DNA of 60,903 nucleotides from an uncultured Phycisphaerales bacterium (GCA_938084645.1 CALKEP010000007.1:1-60903); one strand, 5' to 3'. Shown: positions 9,139 to 21,147, counted from the stretch's first letter. The notes: generated from the letters alone by a model not told the origin. Translations and numbers: made by a program.

Positions 9139-9906
9139 TCAACTCCCGATCGGGACGACCATCGCGTCGGTTCGATCGAGGCGTCGAAGGGCCCGCCCCG
9201 CGGCCGCCCGGTCCCGAAACACCCCGGCCTGCACCTTCCAGCCGTCGTCTTCGGATCGAATCCGGACGTCGCCGATGCCGCGGCGGGCGACTTCACGGCT
9301 CACCGCAGCCGCCTGTCGAGCCGCATTGTCTCTGCTCGAGAAGCTCCCGAACTGGATCGTGTAGCCGGTTTCGGCCAGGCGGGTGCGGGCGGTGTCCGCC
9401 GTATCACTGGAGAGTCCGGCGGCCCGATCGAGACAACGTCGGGCGGTGGTGCGGCGGCCCATCGCCTCGTAGTCCTCGGCGGCGAGGAGCAGCGCCCGTC
9501 CGGCCTCCTCCGGCCCGAGCCGGTCGGCCGCCCGCGCGAAGCTCGCCGCGGCTTCCAGTCGTCGACCTTCCCCGCGTTCGAGCACGCCCTGCTGGACGAG
9601 CGCCCTTCCGGCGACCACGTCGTCGCTCGAAGTCGCGGCGATCTTGAGGTAGCGACGGGCGTCCGCGGTGGCACCGACCCGCGTGGCGGCGACGCCGGCG
9701 ATCAGTGCGGCGTCGCAGCGAAGGGTCGAATCCGAGGAACTCACGACCCGGCGGGATTCCGCCAGGGCGGTCTCGTTCCGGCCGTCGCGGAGGGCGAGCA
9801 CGGCGTCGTCGTAGCGGCGTTGCTGCCCTTCGCCGCATCCGGGCAGGCACAGGGCGGCGAGCACGAAGGTCCGGATCACGAGAATGGCCGCGCGGGAGGT
9901 GCCCAT
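9139..9906 (-). CDS. TPR-like + SPOR-domain lipoprotein
   Basis: Lipobox LCLPG-C; Ala-rich helical repeats; C-terminal YTIQFGSFSSRDNA...WKVQAGVFRDRAAA SPOR pattern. Confidence 0.82.
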   Translation of the reverse strand: MGTSRAAILVIRTFVLAALCLPGCGEGQQRRYDDAVLALRDGRNETALAESRRVVSSSDSTLRCDAALIAGVAATRVGATADARRYLKIAATSSDDVVAGRALVQQGVLERGEGRRLEAAASFARAADRLGPEEAGRALLLAAEDYEAMGRRTTARRCLDRAAGLSSDTADTARTRLAETGYTIQFGSFSSRDNAARQAAAVSREVARRGIGDVRIRSEDDGWKVQAGVFRDRAAAGRALRRLDRTDAMVVPIGS

Positions 9907-9927
9907 GAGACCGTATGGTACGAAGTC
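9907..9927. promoter_or_regulatory. Putative bidirectional promoter with overlapping -10 hexamers
   Basis: TATGGT (+, 9914-9919) and TACCAT (-, 9920-9915), each exactly 8 nt from the divergent ATGs at 9928 and 9906. Confidence 0.65.
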
Positions 9928-11400
9928 ATGAAGCTCCACGACCGAATCAGAGGAATGCTGCTCCGACGTCCTTTCCGGGAGGTCGCGGTCGACGACCAAC
10001 GCCGGTGGCGAGGGGCCACGATGCTCTACGTCGCCGCGCATCTCGCGAAGGCGATCGAGTCGACCACCGATCGACCGAGGATCGGCGTGATGCTGCCGAC
10101 GTCCGGGCTCTTTCCCGCGGCGTTGCTGGCGGCGTGGCGACTCGGACGAACCGTGGTGCCGCTGAACTATCTCCTTTCGCCCGAAGACCTCGCCTTCGTG
10201 ATCGAAGACGCGGGGCTCGACGCGGTGGTGACGGTCGGGCCGATGCTCAGCTTCACCGGTTCCCTTCCCGAGGGGGTCACCGCCATCAAGATGGAGGAAC
10301 TCGGGGTCAAGGGGCTTCCGCCGCGAACCAGACGCCGACCGATGGCCGACGACGAGCCGGCGGTCATTCTCTACACCTCGGGCACCTCGGGGCGCCCGAA
10401 GGGCGTGATCCTGACCTCCGGGAATCTCTCGTCGAACATCGATCAGATCGTCGAGTGGGTCAAGTTCGACCGCACCGACGTCATGCTCGGCGTGCTTCCG
10501 CAGTTCCACTCCTTCGGGCTCACCGTGCTCACCCTGTTGCCGCTGGCGGTCGGGTGTCGGTCGGTCTACGCGGCGAGGTTCATGCCCAAGCGGGTCCTGC
10601 AGCTCGCTCGGACGCACCGGCCCACGGTGCTCGTCGGCATCCCGTCGATGTTCAACGCGCTCCGACTCGCGAAGTCGGCGACCCGCGATGATCTTTCGAG
10701 CCTTCGATTCACGGTCGCCGGCGGCGAGCCGCTTCCGGACGCGGTGAGCGATGGATTCTTCGAGACCTTCGGCATCCGGATCTGCGAGGGCTACGGGCTC
10801 ACCGAGACGGCGCCGTGCACGAACTGGTGTCGGCCCGACGAGTACCGGGCGCACAAGGTCGGCATGGCGATGCCGGGGATCGAGGAGCGAATCGTGGGGG
10901 AGAACGGTGACATCCTCGGACCCGAACAGGACGGTGAAGTCCGGATCAAGGGGCCGAACGTGATGCCCGGCTACTTCAACCGACCGGAGGAGACGGCGGC
11001 GGCGTTCGACGAGGACGGATTCTTCCGGACCGGGGACATGGGCAGGATGGACGCCGACGGCTTCCTCTCGATCACCGGCCGGATCAAGGAGATGCTGATC
11101 ATCGGCGGCGAGAACGTCTTCCCCCGGGAGATCGAGGAGGTGCTCGACGCCCATCCGTCGGTCCGTGCGTCGGCGGTGATCGGGGCCCCCGACGAATCCC
11201 GCGGTGAGGTGGCCCTCGCCTTCGTGGAGCTGGTCGACGACGCGACCTTCGACGTCACGTCGCTGCGTTCGCACTGCCGGGACCGGCTTCCGCAGTTCAA
11301 GGTCCCGCGGGAGATCCGCCACCTCGAGGAACTCCCGAGGAATCCGACCGGCAAGATCATGCGACGGGCGCTCGGCCCGGACACGCCCGGCGTCGGCTGA
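9928..11400 (+). CDS. AMP-binding acyl-CoA/acyl-ACP synthetase (Aas C-terminal/FadD-like)
   Basis: YTSGTSGRPKG, LPQFHSFG, EGYGLTE, FRTGD, GRIKE and PRNPTGK adenylation motifs. Confidence 0.93.
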   Translation: MKLHDRIRGMLLRRPFREVAVDDQRRWRGATMLYVAAHLAKAIESTTDRPRIGVMLPTSGLFPAALLAAWRLGRTVVPLNYLLSPEDLAFVIEDAGLDAVVTVGPMLSFTGSLPEGVTAIKMEELGVKGLPPRTRRRPMADDEPAVILYTSGTSGRPKGVILTSGNLSSNIDQIVEWVKFDRTDVMLGVLPQFHSFGLTVLTLLPLAVGCRSVYAARFMPKRVLQLARTHRPTVLVGIPSMFNALRLAKSATRDDLSSLRFTVAGGEPLPDAVSDGFFETFGIRICEGYGLTETAPCTNWCRPDEYRAHKVGMAMPGIEERIVGENGDILGPEQDGEVRIKGPNVMPGYFNRPEETAAAFDEDGFFRTGDMGRMDADGFLSITGRIKEMLIIGGENVFPREIEEVLDAHPSVRASAVIGAPDESRGEVALAFVELVDDATFDVTSLRSHCRDRLPQFKVPREIRHLEELPRNPTGKIMRRALGPDTPGVG

Positions 11401-11453
11401 GCTTCAACCGAGAAACATCGGTTTGGTCGCCCGGTCGATGACCGTGGTTCGCC

Positions 11454-13199
11454 TCAGCACGCGCCCCACGAGGCGAGCAGCAGTCCGATGTCCGCGCCGT
11501 CCACGGTGCCGTTGCCGTCGAGGTCTTCGGGGCAGTCGCCCTTCTTCGGGCATGGTCCGAAACCGGAGAGCAGGAGTCCGAAGTCCGCGCCGTCGACGAT
11601 CCCGTCGCCGTTCAGGTCGGCGGTGCAGGGGCAGACGCCACCGAAGCAGGTGATCTGGATTCCCGCGGTGCCGGTTCCACCGTCGACGCCGCTGACTCTG
11701 ATCCACAACGTCTCGCCGCAGGCGACGTCGGGCACGAGGGTGACGCTGGAGCCGGTGCCGCAGAATCCGTCGTCGTCGTTGCACGCGACGGGGACGAGAT
11801 CGGTGCAGTCGCCGCGGTAGACGTCGACGACCGTGTCGAAGTCGGAGAGGTTGCAGGTCCCGATCAACAGTTCGCCGTCGCAGGCCACGCGGTGGCGGAA
11901 CCAGACGTCGCCGCCTCGAAGCGCCGGTTCGACGCACTCGGAGTCCGGACCGTCCACGCCGGCGAGGAGTTGTCGAAACGAGGGGATGCCTTCCGGGCCG
12001 ATCTCGATGGCATCGTCGCACAGGTCGTTCGGCGGGGGATCGCCGCCGCAGTTCGTCGCCGCGCTCACCGTGCAGAAGCTGTCCCAGGTCCATTCGCAAC
12101 AGAGCGGATCGATGGTGCAGACGAGATCGCAGCAGGTCGGGTCGTCGCAGCCCGGCGACTCGTGCGGGACGAGGCAGTCCTCGGGATTGCCGCACGCCTC
12201 GCCGCAGAAGTCGATGACCTCGATGCGGATCGCGTAGACCGGTTCCCCGCATCCGGAGGTGGTCGGACCGGGGGTGACCACGAATTCGGTCGGGATCGCA
12301 GGGATGCAGGTGATCAGGGTCGACGTCTGGCAGCTCGTCGATCCGACGGTGGCGACCGGGTCGAGATCGCAACCGACGCCACGGGCCGCCAGCGTCGCGT
12401 CGGCGGCCGCCATGGTGATCCGGAGCCGGACCTCGCCGTCGAGGTCGTCATCGAAGTCGGTGAGATCGAGAGCGTAGACGTCGACGTCGCCGCCGAGTCG
12501 GAAGGTCCCGCCGAACTGCCGCCCGGCGACGATGGTCTCGGCCGTGCCGCCTTCGCAGGGATCGTTGGTCTCCGAACCGCATCCCTCGGCTTCGATCTGA
12601 TCATTCCCATCGAGCACGACCACGCAGGTGCCGCCGCAGAGGGTCTGGCCCAGGGCGGCGCAGACGAAGTCCCAGACCACCTCGCAGCAGGTCGGATCCG
12701 ACACGCACACCACCTCGCAACATTCCTCGTCTTCGCAGGCCGGGGTGCTGCCGGGTTCGTCGCAGGGGCCGCTGTTCGGGTCGCCGCACTCGCCGCCGCC
12801 CGTCGAACAGACGCTTCCGGCGAAGAAGGCGCAGCTGACGTCCCACGCCGTCTCGCAGCAGAAGGGGTCGATCACGCACACCGTTTCGCAGCACTCGGCG
12901 TCATCGCAGGAAGGGGTCGCGCCCCCCACGAAGCAGCCGCCGCTGGCCATCGCCCCACAGAGGCCGACGCACGTCGCATCGGCGAGTTCGACGCAGGTGG
13001 CGTCCCACTCCTCGCAGCAGAACGGATCCGCCTGGCAGACGTTCTGGCAGCACGCTTCGTCGCTGCAGCCGCCCGCCTCGTGGACGACGAGGCAGCCCTC
13101 GTCGCCGGGACAGACCTGGGCGGAGGCGGCCCCCGCGGTCACGAGCAGGCAGAGCGTCGCGATGATCGAACTGAGGATCGGGGAGCACTGGAATCGCAT
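11454..13199 (-). CDS. Secreted Cys-rich repeat protein with C-terminal dockerin
   Basis: Signal peptide ending ASA; four 10-Cys repeats (CC-x3-C-x2-DPxCC-x2-3-WD-x2-C); PPNDLCDDA module; ADLNGDGIVDGADFG / DLDGNGTVDGADIG...WGAC. Confidence 0.85.
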   Translation of the reverse strand: MRFQCSPILSSIIATLCLLVTAGAASAQVCPGDEGCLVVHEAGGCSDEACCQNVCQADPFCCEEWDATCVELADATCVGLCGAMASGGCFVGGATPSCDDAECCETVCVIDPFCCETAWDVSCAFFAGSVCSTGGGECGDPNSGPCDEPGSTPACEDEECCEVVCVSDPTCCEVVWDFVCAALGQTLCGGTCVVVLDGNDQIEAEGCGSETNDPCEGGTAETIVAGRQFGGTFRLGGDVDVYALDLTDFDDDLDGEVRLRITMAAADATLAARGVGCDLDPVATVGSTSCQTSTLITCIPAIPTEFVVTPGPTTSGCGEPVYAIRIEVIDFCGEACGNPEDCLVPHESPGCDDPTCCDLVCTIDPLCCEWTWDSFCTVSAATNCGGDPPPNDLCDDAIEIGPEGIPSFRQLLAGVDGPDSECVEPALRGGDVWFRHRVACDGELLIGTCNLSDFDTVVDVYRGDCTDLVPVACNDDDGFCGTGSSVTLVPDVACGETLWIRVSGVDGGTGTAGIQITCFGGVCPCTADLNGDGIVDGADFGLLLSGFGPCPKKGDCPEDLDGNGTVDGADIGLLLASWGAC

Positions 13200-13343
13200 G
13201 GCGGTCGACGGGATCTCGGTGGAGACAAGCGGACGGATGGCTTGTACGCCGGAGGACGTTCGTGGTTCCCGAACCATGACTATAGAACACCTCGACGTCG
13301 GAGCCAGCGCGGAACTTCATGATCCGGCATCATCCGTGCAATG

Positions 13344-13372
13344 AAACGCCCCCCGGCCGAAGCCGGGGGGCG
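13344..13372 (-). terminator. Intrinsic terminator after the 13409..15712 gene
   Basis: Minus strand CGCCCCCCGGC-TTCG-GCCGGGGGGCG followed by TTT. Confidence 0.75.
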
Positions 13373-13408
13373 GATGGGACAGTTGATTCCCGCCGAGGCG
13401 GGCTTCGA

Positions 13409-15712
13409 TCAGGGGCAGATACCCCATTCGACGAGGAGGAGACCGACGTCGGCGCCATCGACGACGCCGTCGCCGTTGAGGTCCTCGGGGCATCCCTCGC
13501 AGGGACCCCAGGCGACGAGCAGTGCACCGAAGTCCGCGCCGTCGACGATGCCATCACCATTGAAGTCGGCGTTGCAGCCGCCTCCACCGCAGGACTCGCC
13601 GTTGGCGGAGATGTCGAGCGTGGCGATGCCGAAGCCGAACGAGGAATAGGAGCCGACCCGGATCAGGTAGCTCTCGCCACAGACCGTGTCGAACGAGATC
13701 TCCGAGGAGAGCCCGCAGGTGTCGTCGTTGCAGGCGAGCGGGTTGCTGTCCTTGCAGCCCGGGAAGTAGGCGGCGAGACGCGTGTCGAAGGTCGCGTCGC
13801 CCGTGGGGCAGAAGGAGACGACGACGCTGCCGTCGACGGTGGCCTCGTAGAGATACCACACGTCGTTGAAGATCTCGGCGTTGCCGAACTTGGCGCACTC
13901 CGCGGGAAGCGTCGGGCCGTCGGTGGTGGCCGCGACGGTCGAGATGGGCGTCTGGCCGTCGGTGATGTCGATCGCATCGCTGCAATCGTCGTTCTCCGGC
14001 GGGGTCGGACCGCCACCACCGGTACCGATGGTGAGCACGCCGCTTCCGCTGACGCCATTGCCGTAGGCGCCGACCTGGATGATGACCTCCTCGCCGGCGG
14101 TCAGTCCGCTGAGCGAGAGCAGCGACGTGAAGCCGCTGCAGTTGACGTCGTCATCGTTGCAGCCGAGCAAGGCGCCGCCGCAGCCGGAATAGGCCGCGAG
14201 CCTCGTGTCGAAGGTGGCCTGGTTGCAGGTCGAGAAGAACCAGTCGCCGTCGGCGGGGACCGTCCACGACAGGAAGATGTCGTTGTAGATGGTCACGGAA
14301 CCGAAGCTCTCGCAGCTGGAGGGCAGATCGGCGCCGTCAGTGGAAGCACAGTCGGTGGTGAAGTCGAAGTCGCCTTCGAATTCGCCGAGGGCGATCGCTT
14401 CCTCGCAGGTGTCGCCCTCCACGGTGGCGGGCTCGGTGGTGAGCGTCGCGCGATACGTGTTCAGTGGGCCCGAGCCGCAGGGGACGCCGTCGAAACCGCC
14501 GGGAGCGACGAAGACGCGATAGGTTCCGGCATCGACACAGCCGGTGTGGATGGCCGGGCAGGCGTCGTAACCGGCGCCGATCTGGATGGCCGGGGGGCAT
14601 TCCGCACTCAGCAGGAAGAGCGTGGTGGGGATGTTGGCCTCGACGGTCCAGGAGACCCGGGATCGCTCGGTCAGGGTGAATTCGTACCAGTCGGTGTCGC
14701 GGGTGCCGCCCGAGGCGAACATGGTGCCGCAGACGGTGTCACCGACGCTGATGACCTGAGCGGGGTTCGAGCCCGACGGATCGTTGCAACCGCCGTTGGT
14801 GTCGCCACCGCAGCCCTCGTCCTCGGGAATGTCGCTCTTCTCGCAACTGGCGACGCAGCCGGCGAGACAGGCGTCACCCTCGCAGATGGTGAGGTTGCCG
14901 GTGCCCTGGGCGGGCGGGTTCCAGCCGCCGACCTGGATGATGTAGGTCGTTCCCGCGACCACCTCCGCCACGAGCTCTGACGTGAAGCCGGCACAGCCGA
15001 GTCCGTCGTCGTTGCAGGCCTCGAAGACGAGGTTCTCGCAGTCGCCGCTGTAGAGGGCGAGGCGGGTGTCGAAGTCCGCGTCGTTGCACGTGGAGATCAC
15101 GATGATCTCGTTGGTGCTGGCGGTCCAGGTGTACCAGATGTCGCCGCGGATGACGATCTCGCCGAAGCTTTCGCATTCGGCGGGAAGATCCGGGCCGCTG
15201 GTGTTCGCACCGAGGGTGCTGAACGCGGTGACCGAGTCGCCGGTGCCGAGGTCGATCGCGTCGACGCACTCGTCGTTCTCGGGGGTCGGGCCGTCGTAAC
15301 AGATCGTCGTCGACTCATCCGCGCAGATGCCGTCCCAGGCGGTCTCGCAGCAGTAGGGGTCGATGGCGCAGACGTCGGTGCAGCATTCGAGGTCGTCGCA
15401 ACCGGGCGTGCCGTTCGGGACGTCGCACGCGCCCGCATCGGGATCACCACAGTTGCCACCGCCACCGCCACCGCAGAGTTCGGCGGCGAAGTCGGCGCAG
15501 CTCTGGTCCCAGACTTCCTTGCAGCAGAAGAGGTCGAGTTCGCAGACCGCGAGGCAGCACGCCTCGTCGGCGCAGCCGGGGGTACCGTTGTCGGCGTTGC
15601 AGTCGCCGGACTCGGGGAGGCCGCAGGACGAGAGGTCGTCGGCGTAAGCGACGGCCGAGCAGAGCAAGCCGGTTGCGGCCGCAATACCTGAGAACAACTT
15701 CGTGTAACGCAT
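13409..15712 (-). CDS. Secreted Cys-rich repeat / NDxCxxA beta-sandwich repeat protein with C-terminal dockerin
   Basis: Signal peptide ending AYA; two 10-Cys repeats; three PENDxCxDA...DIWY...STC...FDTRLA...ACNDD modules; ADFNGDGIVDGADFG / DLNGDGVVDGADVG...WGICP. Confidence 0.88.
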   Translation of the reverse strand: MRYTKLFSGIAAATGLLCSAVAYADDLSSCGLPESGDCNADNGTPGCADEACCLAVCELDLFCCKEVWDQSCADFAAELCGGGGGGNCGDPDAGACDVPNGTPGCDDLECCTDVCAIDPYCCETAWDGICADESTTICYDGPTPENDECVDAIDLGTGDSVTAFSTLGANTSGPDLPAECESFGEIVIRGDIWYTWTASTNEIIVISTCNDADFDTRLALYSGDCENLVFEACNDDGLGCAGFTSELVAEVVAGTTYIIQVGGWNPPAQGTGNLTICEGDACLAGCVASCEKSDIPEDEGCGGDTNGGCNDPSGSNPAQVISVGDTVCGTMFASGGTRDTDWYEFTLTERSRVSWTVEANIPTTLFLLSAECPPAIQIGAGYDACPAIHTGCVDAGTYRVFVAPGGFDGVPCGSGPLNTYRATLTTEPATVEGDTCEEAIALGEFEGDFDFTTDCASTDGADLPSSCESFGSVTIYNDIFLSWTVPADGDWFFSTCNQATFDTRLAAYSGCGGALLGCNDDDVNCSGFTSLLSLSGLTAGEEVIIQVGAYGNGVSGSGVLTIGTGGGGPTPPENDDCSDAIDITDGQTPISTVAATTDGPTLPAECAKFGNAEIFNDVWYLYEATVDGSVVVSFCPTGDATFDTRLAAYFPGCKDSNPLACNDDTCGLSSEISFDTVCGESYLIRVGSYSSFGFGIATLDISANGESCGGGGCNADFNGDGIVDGADFGALLVAWGPCEGCPEDLNGDGVVDGADVGLLLVEWGICP

Positions 15713-15994
15713 CTCTTGGATTCTCCATTGCCGGTCTCAAGCCACGCGGATTCGTTCGGCGGTGGCTGGAGCAAAGCACATTCACAGGGCGGGTGAGGAA
15801 TCCGGAAGCGTCTGGATTCCCGCGGGAATACCCGAAGATACCCCTTAATCAACGGTTTACCAGCCCTGAGCGTCCATGAAACGGCGAATCGCAGCGCCTT
15901 TTCGTGACGAAAACCCCGGTAAGATCCTCTTTTCGGGGCTTGGAGCCGGGGTCATACCCGACACGCCCCTCAGCACACCCCTCCGGAGATCGAT

Positions 15995-16462
15995 ATGCCC
16001 CTCGCCATCGGTGACCTCGCACCCCCGTTCAGCCTCCAGGAAGCCCCCGGCGTGATCGCCGACGTGGGTGCCTGTTTCGGCCGCGAGCCCGTCGTGATCC
16101 TTTTCTACCCCCTGGCCTTCAGTGGGGTCTGCACCGAAGAGTTCTGCGGAATTCGGGATGACTGGGCCGCTTGGAGCCAGCTCGGGACCAAGGTCTTCGG
16201 CGTCTCGATCGACAATCCGTTCGTCTCGGCGAAGTTCCGAGAGAGCGAAAACCTGCCCTTTCCGCTCCTGAGCGACTTCAACAAGACCGTCACCACCGAG
16301 TGGGGCTGCCTCTGCGAGGACCTGATGGGCTTGAAGGGCGTGGCGAAGCGTGCCGCGTTCGTGGTCGGTGCCGACGGCCGCATTCGATACGCCTGGGTGT
16401 CGGATGACGCGGGCGTCCAGCCCGATCTGGAGGCCGTGAAGGCCGCCGTCGCCGCAGGTTGA
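15995..16462 (+). CDS. Peroxiredoxin (AhpC/TSA family, AhpE/BCP-like)
   Basis: IGDLAPPFSL, FYPLAFSGVCTEE, GVSID, FPLLSD, KRAAFVV. Confidence 0.92.
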   Translation: MPLAIGDLAPPFSLQEAPGVIADVGACFGREPVVILFYPLAFSGVCTEEFCGIRDDWAAWSQLGTKVFGVSIDNPFVSAKFRESENLPFPLLSDFNKTVTTEWGCLCEDLMGLKGVAKRAAFVVGADGRIRYAWVSDDAGVQPDLEAVKAAVAAG

Positions 16463-16606
16463 CGAAGAATCCGCCCACCGGCGACTGAACGATCGTTGAA
16501 TCCGTCAATGTGGCGATCGTGGAACCACCCCGCGGTGTGGTCGTCCAAATCATGCCTAGCATTGGGCAACGCCCGACACAATGAATCAGATGCAGAAGGA
16601 TCAATC

Positions 16607-18949
<2,343 letters not shown>

Positions 18950-18989
18950 TCGCGAACCGATCGCATCAGTCAAGCTCACCTTCGAATTC

Positions 18990-19023
18990 GCACGCCCGGC
19001 CATTCTGGCCGGGCGTGCTTTTC
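18990..19023 (+). terminator. Intrinsic terminator after the S8 protease gene
   Basis: GCACGCCCGGCCA-TTC-TGGCCGGGCGTGC-TTTT. Confidence 0.85.
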
Positions 19024-19259
19024 TTCGGGTCGGTGTGGCCACCGGCGCTCGAATGAACTCGATCCGGACGCTGGACGAGACATCGATCGTTCGGGCCCGT
19101 GATCGTCGCGAGCCCGGCGGTTGAACGGGTTCGCCCGCGGACCCGCCTGCAGTGGTCGCCACGGCCGCGGCGGTCCCCATCCGGCCGGTGCGGAACGGCG
19201 GTCCGGGAGCCGCTATACTTCGGTCGCGTGGCTCACCGGCAACGGTGAGCTCCGAACCT

Positions 19260-19332
19260 GCGGGTGTAGCTCAGTTGGTAGAGCGTCAGCCTTCCAAGCT
19301 GAATGTCGGGAGTTCGAGCCTCCTCGCCCGCT
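19260..19332 (+). tRNA. tRNA-Gly (TCC)
   Basis: Acceptor stem GCGGGTG/CGCCCGC, D arm GCTCAGTTGGTAGAGC, anticodon arm TCAGC-CT-TCC-AA-GCTGA, T loop GTTCGAG; CCA not encoded. Confidence 0.97.
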
Positions 19333-19334
19333 CT

Positions 19335-19379
19335 GGTGGACCGTCTTCGGCGCTCGTCGAGGACGGTCCACCTCCTTTT
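19335..19379 (+). terminator. Terminator hairpin after tRNA-Gly
   Basis: GGTGGACCGTCTTCGGC...GTCGAGGACGGTCCACC followed by TCCTTTT. Confidence 0.7.
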
Positions 19380-19427
19380 GAATGGCGGCCGGCGGACCGG
19401 TCGCGGGATTCCGCCCGGGACGTCTTC

Positions 19428-20420
19428 ATGAGCCGCCTGTCGCCCATCCTGCTGCTGAGCATTGGAACGCTCCTCGGCGTCGCATCGTGGGGCTCGAACG
19501 CCGAGCCACCGTCGTCGCAGACCGCGGCGGAGACGGTGGTTCCGGACGTGACGCCGAAGTCCCATCGTGGGCTCCCCCTCGTTCATGAGATCCATCCCCG
19601 CTTGCTGACCGGTGGAGCGCCGACGCCGGCCGGGTTCGAGTCCCTCGAGAAGGCCGGCGTCCGGACGATCATCTCGGTCGATGCCGCCCGGCCCGACGTG
19701 GCGATGGCGACGGCACGCGGGATCCGGTACATCCACCTGCCGATCGGCTACGACGGGATCGACCGCCGGACGACGCGACTTCTGGCCCGGGCGATCCGCG
19801 AGGCCGAGGGGACCGTCTACCTGCACTGTCATCACGGCCGACATCGAGCCCCGGCCGCGGCGGCGGTGGGCCTGCAAGCCCTCGGTCGGATCGATTCCTC
19901 CCAGGGCCGCCGCATCCTCGAAGTGATCGGGACCAGTCGCGACTATCCTGGCCTGCACGCCGCGGTGGCGGGGGCCGAGGCCGAGCCCGCCGCGGTCATC
20001 GACGCGGTGGATCCGGGCGAACTGCGGCCGGTCGCGATCGTCTCCGATCTCGCGGGAGGGATGGCCGATCTCGATCGCATCCACGACCGACTCCGCCTGC
20101 TGGCGAAGCACGACTGGCGGACGCCGCCGACGCACCCGGACCTCGATCCGGTCGTCGAGGCGGGGATCCTCACCGAACGGTTCCGGAGCATGGCGCACCT
20201 GCCGATGGCGTCTTCCGCGGACGCGACGACGGGCGACGCGTCACCGATGACGCTCGTGCGGTCCATCGATCTCGCCACCACGCTCGAAGGGGCGGTGAAG
20301 ATGCGAAGGCCGCAGGAGGCGACGGCGATCCTCGGTCGAATCTCGAGCGAGTGCCGCGCCTGCCATCGCGTGCATCGGAACACGTCGTCGAGACGTCCGG
20401 TGGGGACCGACGGCGGCTGA
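19428..20420 (+). CDS. Secreted PTP/DUF442-like (CX5R) domain fused to C-terminal cytochrome c'-like CxxCH helix bundle
   Basis: Signal peptide; GVRTIISVD, YIHLPIGY, VYLHCHHGRHR P-loop; C-terminal ECRACHRVHR. Confidence 0.8.
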   Translation: MSRLSPILLLSIGTLLGVASWGSNAEPPSSQTAAETVVPDVTPKSHRGLPLVHEIHPRLLTGGAPTPAGFESLEKAGVRTIISVDAARPDVAMATARGIRYIHLPIGYDGIDRRTTRLLARAIREAEGTVYLHCHHGRHRAPAAAAVGLQALGRIDSSQGRRILEVIGTSRDYPGLHAAVAGAEAEPAAVIDAVDPGELRPVAIVSDLAGGMADLDRIHDRLRLLAKHDWRTPPTHPDLDPVVEAGILTERFRSMAHLPMASSADATTGDASPMTLVRSIDLATTLEGAVKMRRPQEATAILGRISSECRACHRVHRNTSSRRPVGTDGG

Positions 20421-20442
20421 TCGCCGCTGCCGGTGGCCGGCC

Positions 20443-21147
20443 TCAGGCGCCGAGGAATCGTCGCAGTTCGGTGGTCAGGGCGAGCGTCTCCACCACCAGG
20501 TCCGCCTCGGTCGCCCGCAACGCCTCGACGTCGAACACGCCGGTCGCGACCGCGATCGATTCCGCGTCGCCGGCCTTCGCGCACTGGACGTCCCGCGGCG
20601 TGTCCCCGATGACCACGATGCGGTCGGGTTCGCGGCCGTGCATCGCTTCGAAGGTCGATCGCGCGACCGGGACCAGTTCGTCGCGATGCTCGCCGTGATC
20701 GGCGAAGGCGTTGCACCGGAAGACCGCGTCGTCGAGGTTCGCGGCCCGGATCTTGAAACGGCCGGTGTCCTCCCAGTTCCCGGTGAGCAGTCCCACTTCG
20801 ACGTCGGGCCGTTCGGCCAGGTGTTCGAGGAGTGGTTCGACCGCCTGACACGCCTCGAAGCCGCCGCGGTCCTTCGCGATCTGTTCGAGGGCGGTCGCGT
20901 ACGCCGCGCGGAAGGTGTCGGCGTGTTCCTCGTGGTCGATCCCGAGTCCGTGCCGGCGGACCGCGTCGGCGTAGTTCTCGGAGTCGAGCCGGCCGTGGAG
21001 CGGGACGTCGACGAACGAGAACTGGACCCCGAAGACCTTCGCACCGGCGACTTCGTAGGCGACCACGCCCGCATCCTGGGTGGCGAGGAGCGTCGCGTCG
21101 ATGTCGAAGAGCACGAGGGTGCGTGGAGGCACGGGGTGGTCAGGCAC
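20443..21147 (-). CDS. HAD-family hydrolase (phosphoglycolate phosphatase-like)
   Basis: LFDIDATL, LLTGN, VIGDTPRDV and VATG motifs; overlaps the dxs stop. Confidence 0.9.
   Translation of the reverse strand: MPDHPVPPRTLVLFDIDATLLATQDAGVVAYEVAGAKVFGVQFSFVDVPLHGRLDSENYADAVRRHGLGIDHEEHADTFRAAYATALEQIAKDRGGFEACQAVEPLLEHLAERPDVEVGLLTGNWEDTGRFKIRAANLDDAVFRCNAFADHGEHRDELVPVARSTFEAMHGREPDRIVVIGDTPRDVQCAKAGDAESIAVATGVFDVEALRATEADLVVETLALTTELRRFLGA

Noticed and set aside
9928..11400. NRPS/PKS adenylation domain of a secondary-metabolite cluster
   Set aside because: No carrier, condensation or KS domains adjacent; motifs fit a stand-alone acyl-activating enzyme.
19260..19380. tRNA-Gly and tRNA-Asp as possible integration sites
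   Set aside because: No integrase and no duplicated tRNA 3' end seen in the window; each tRNA is followed by an ordinary terminator.
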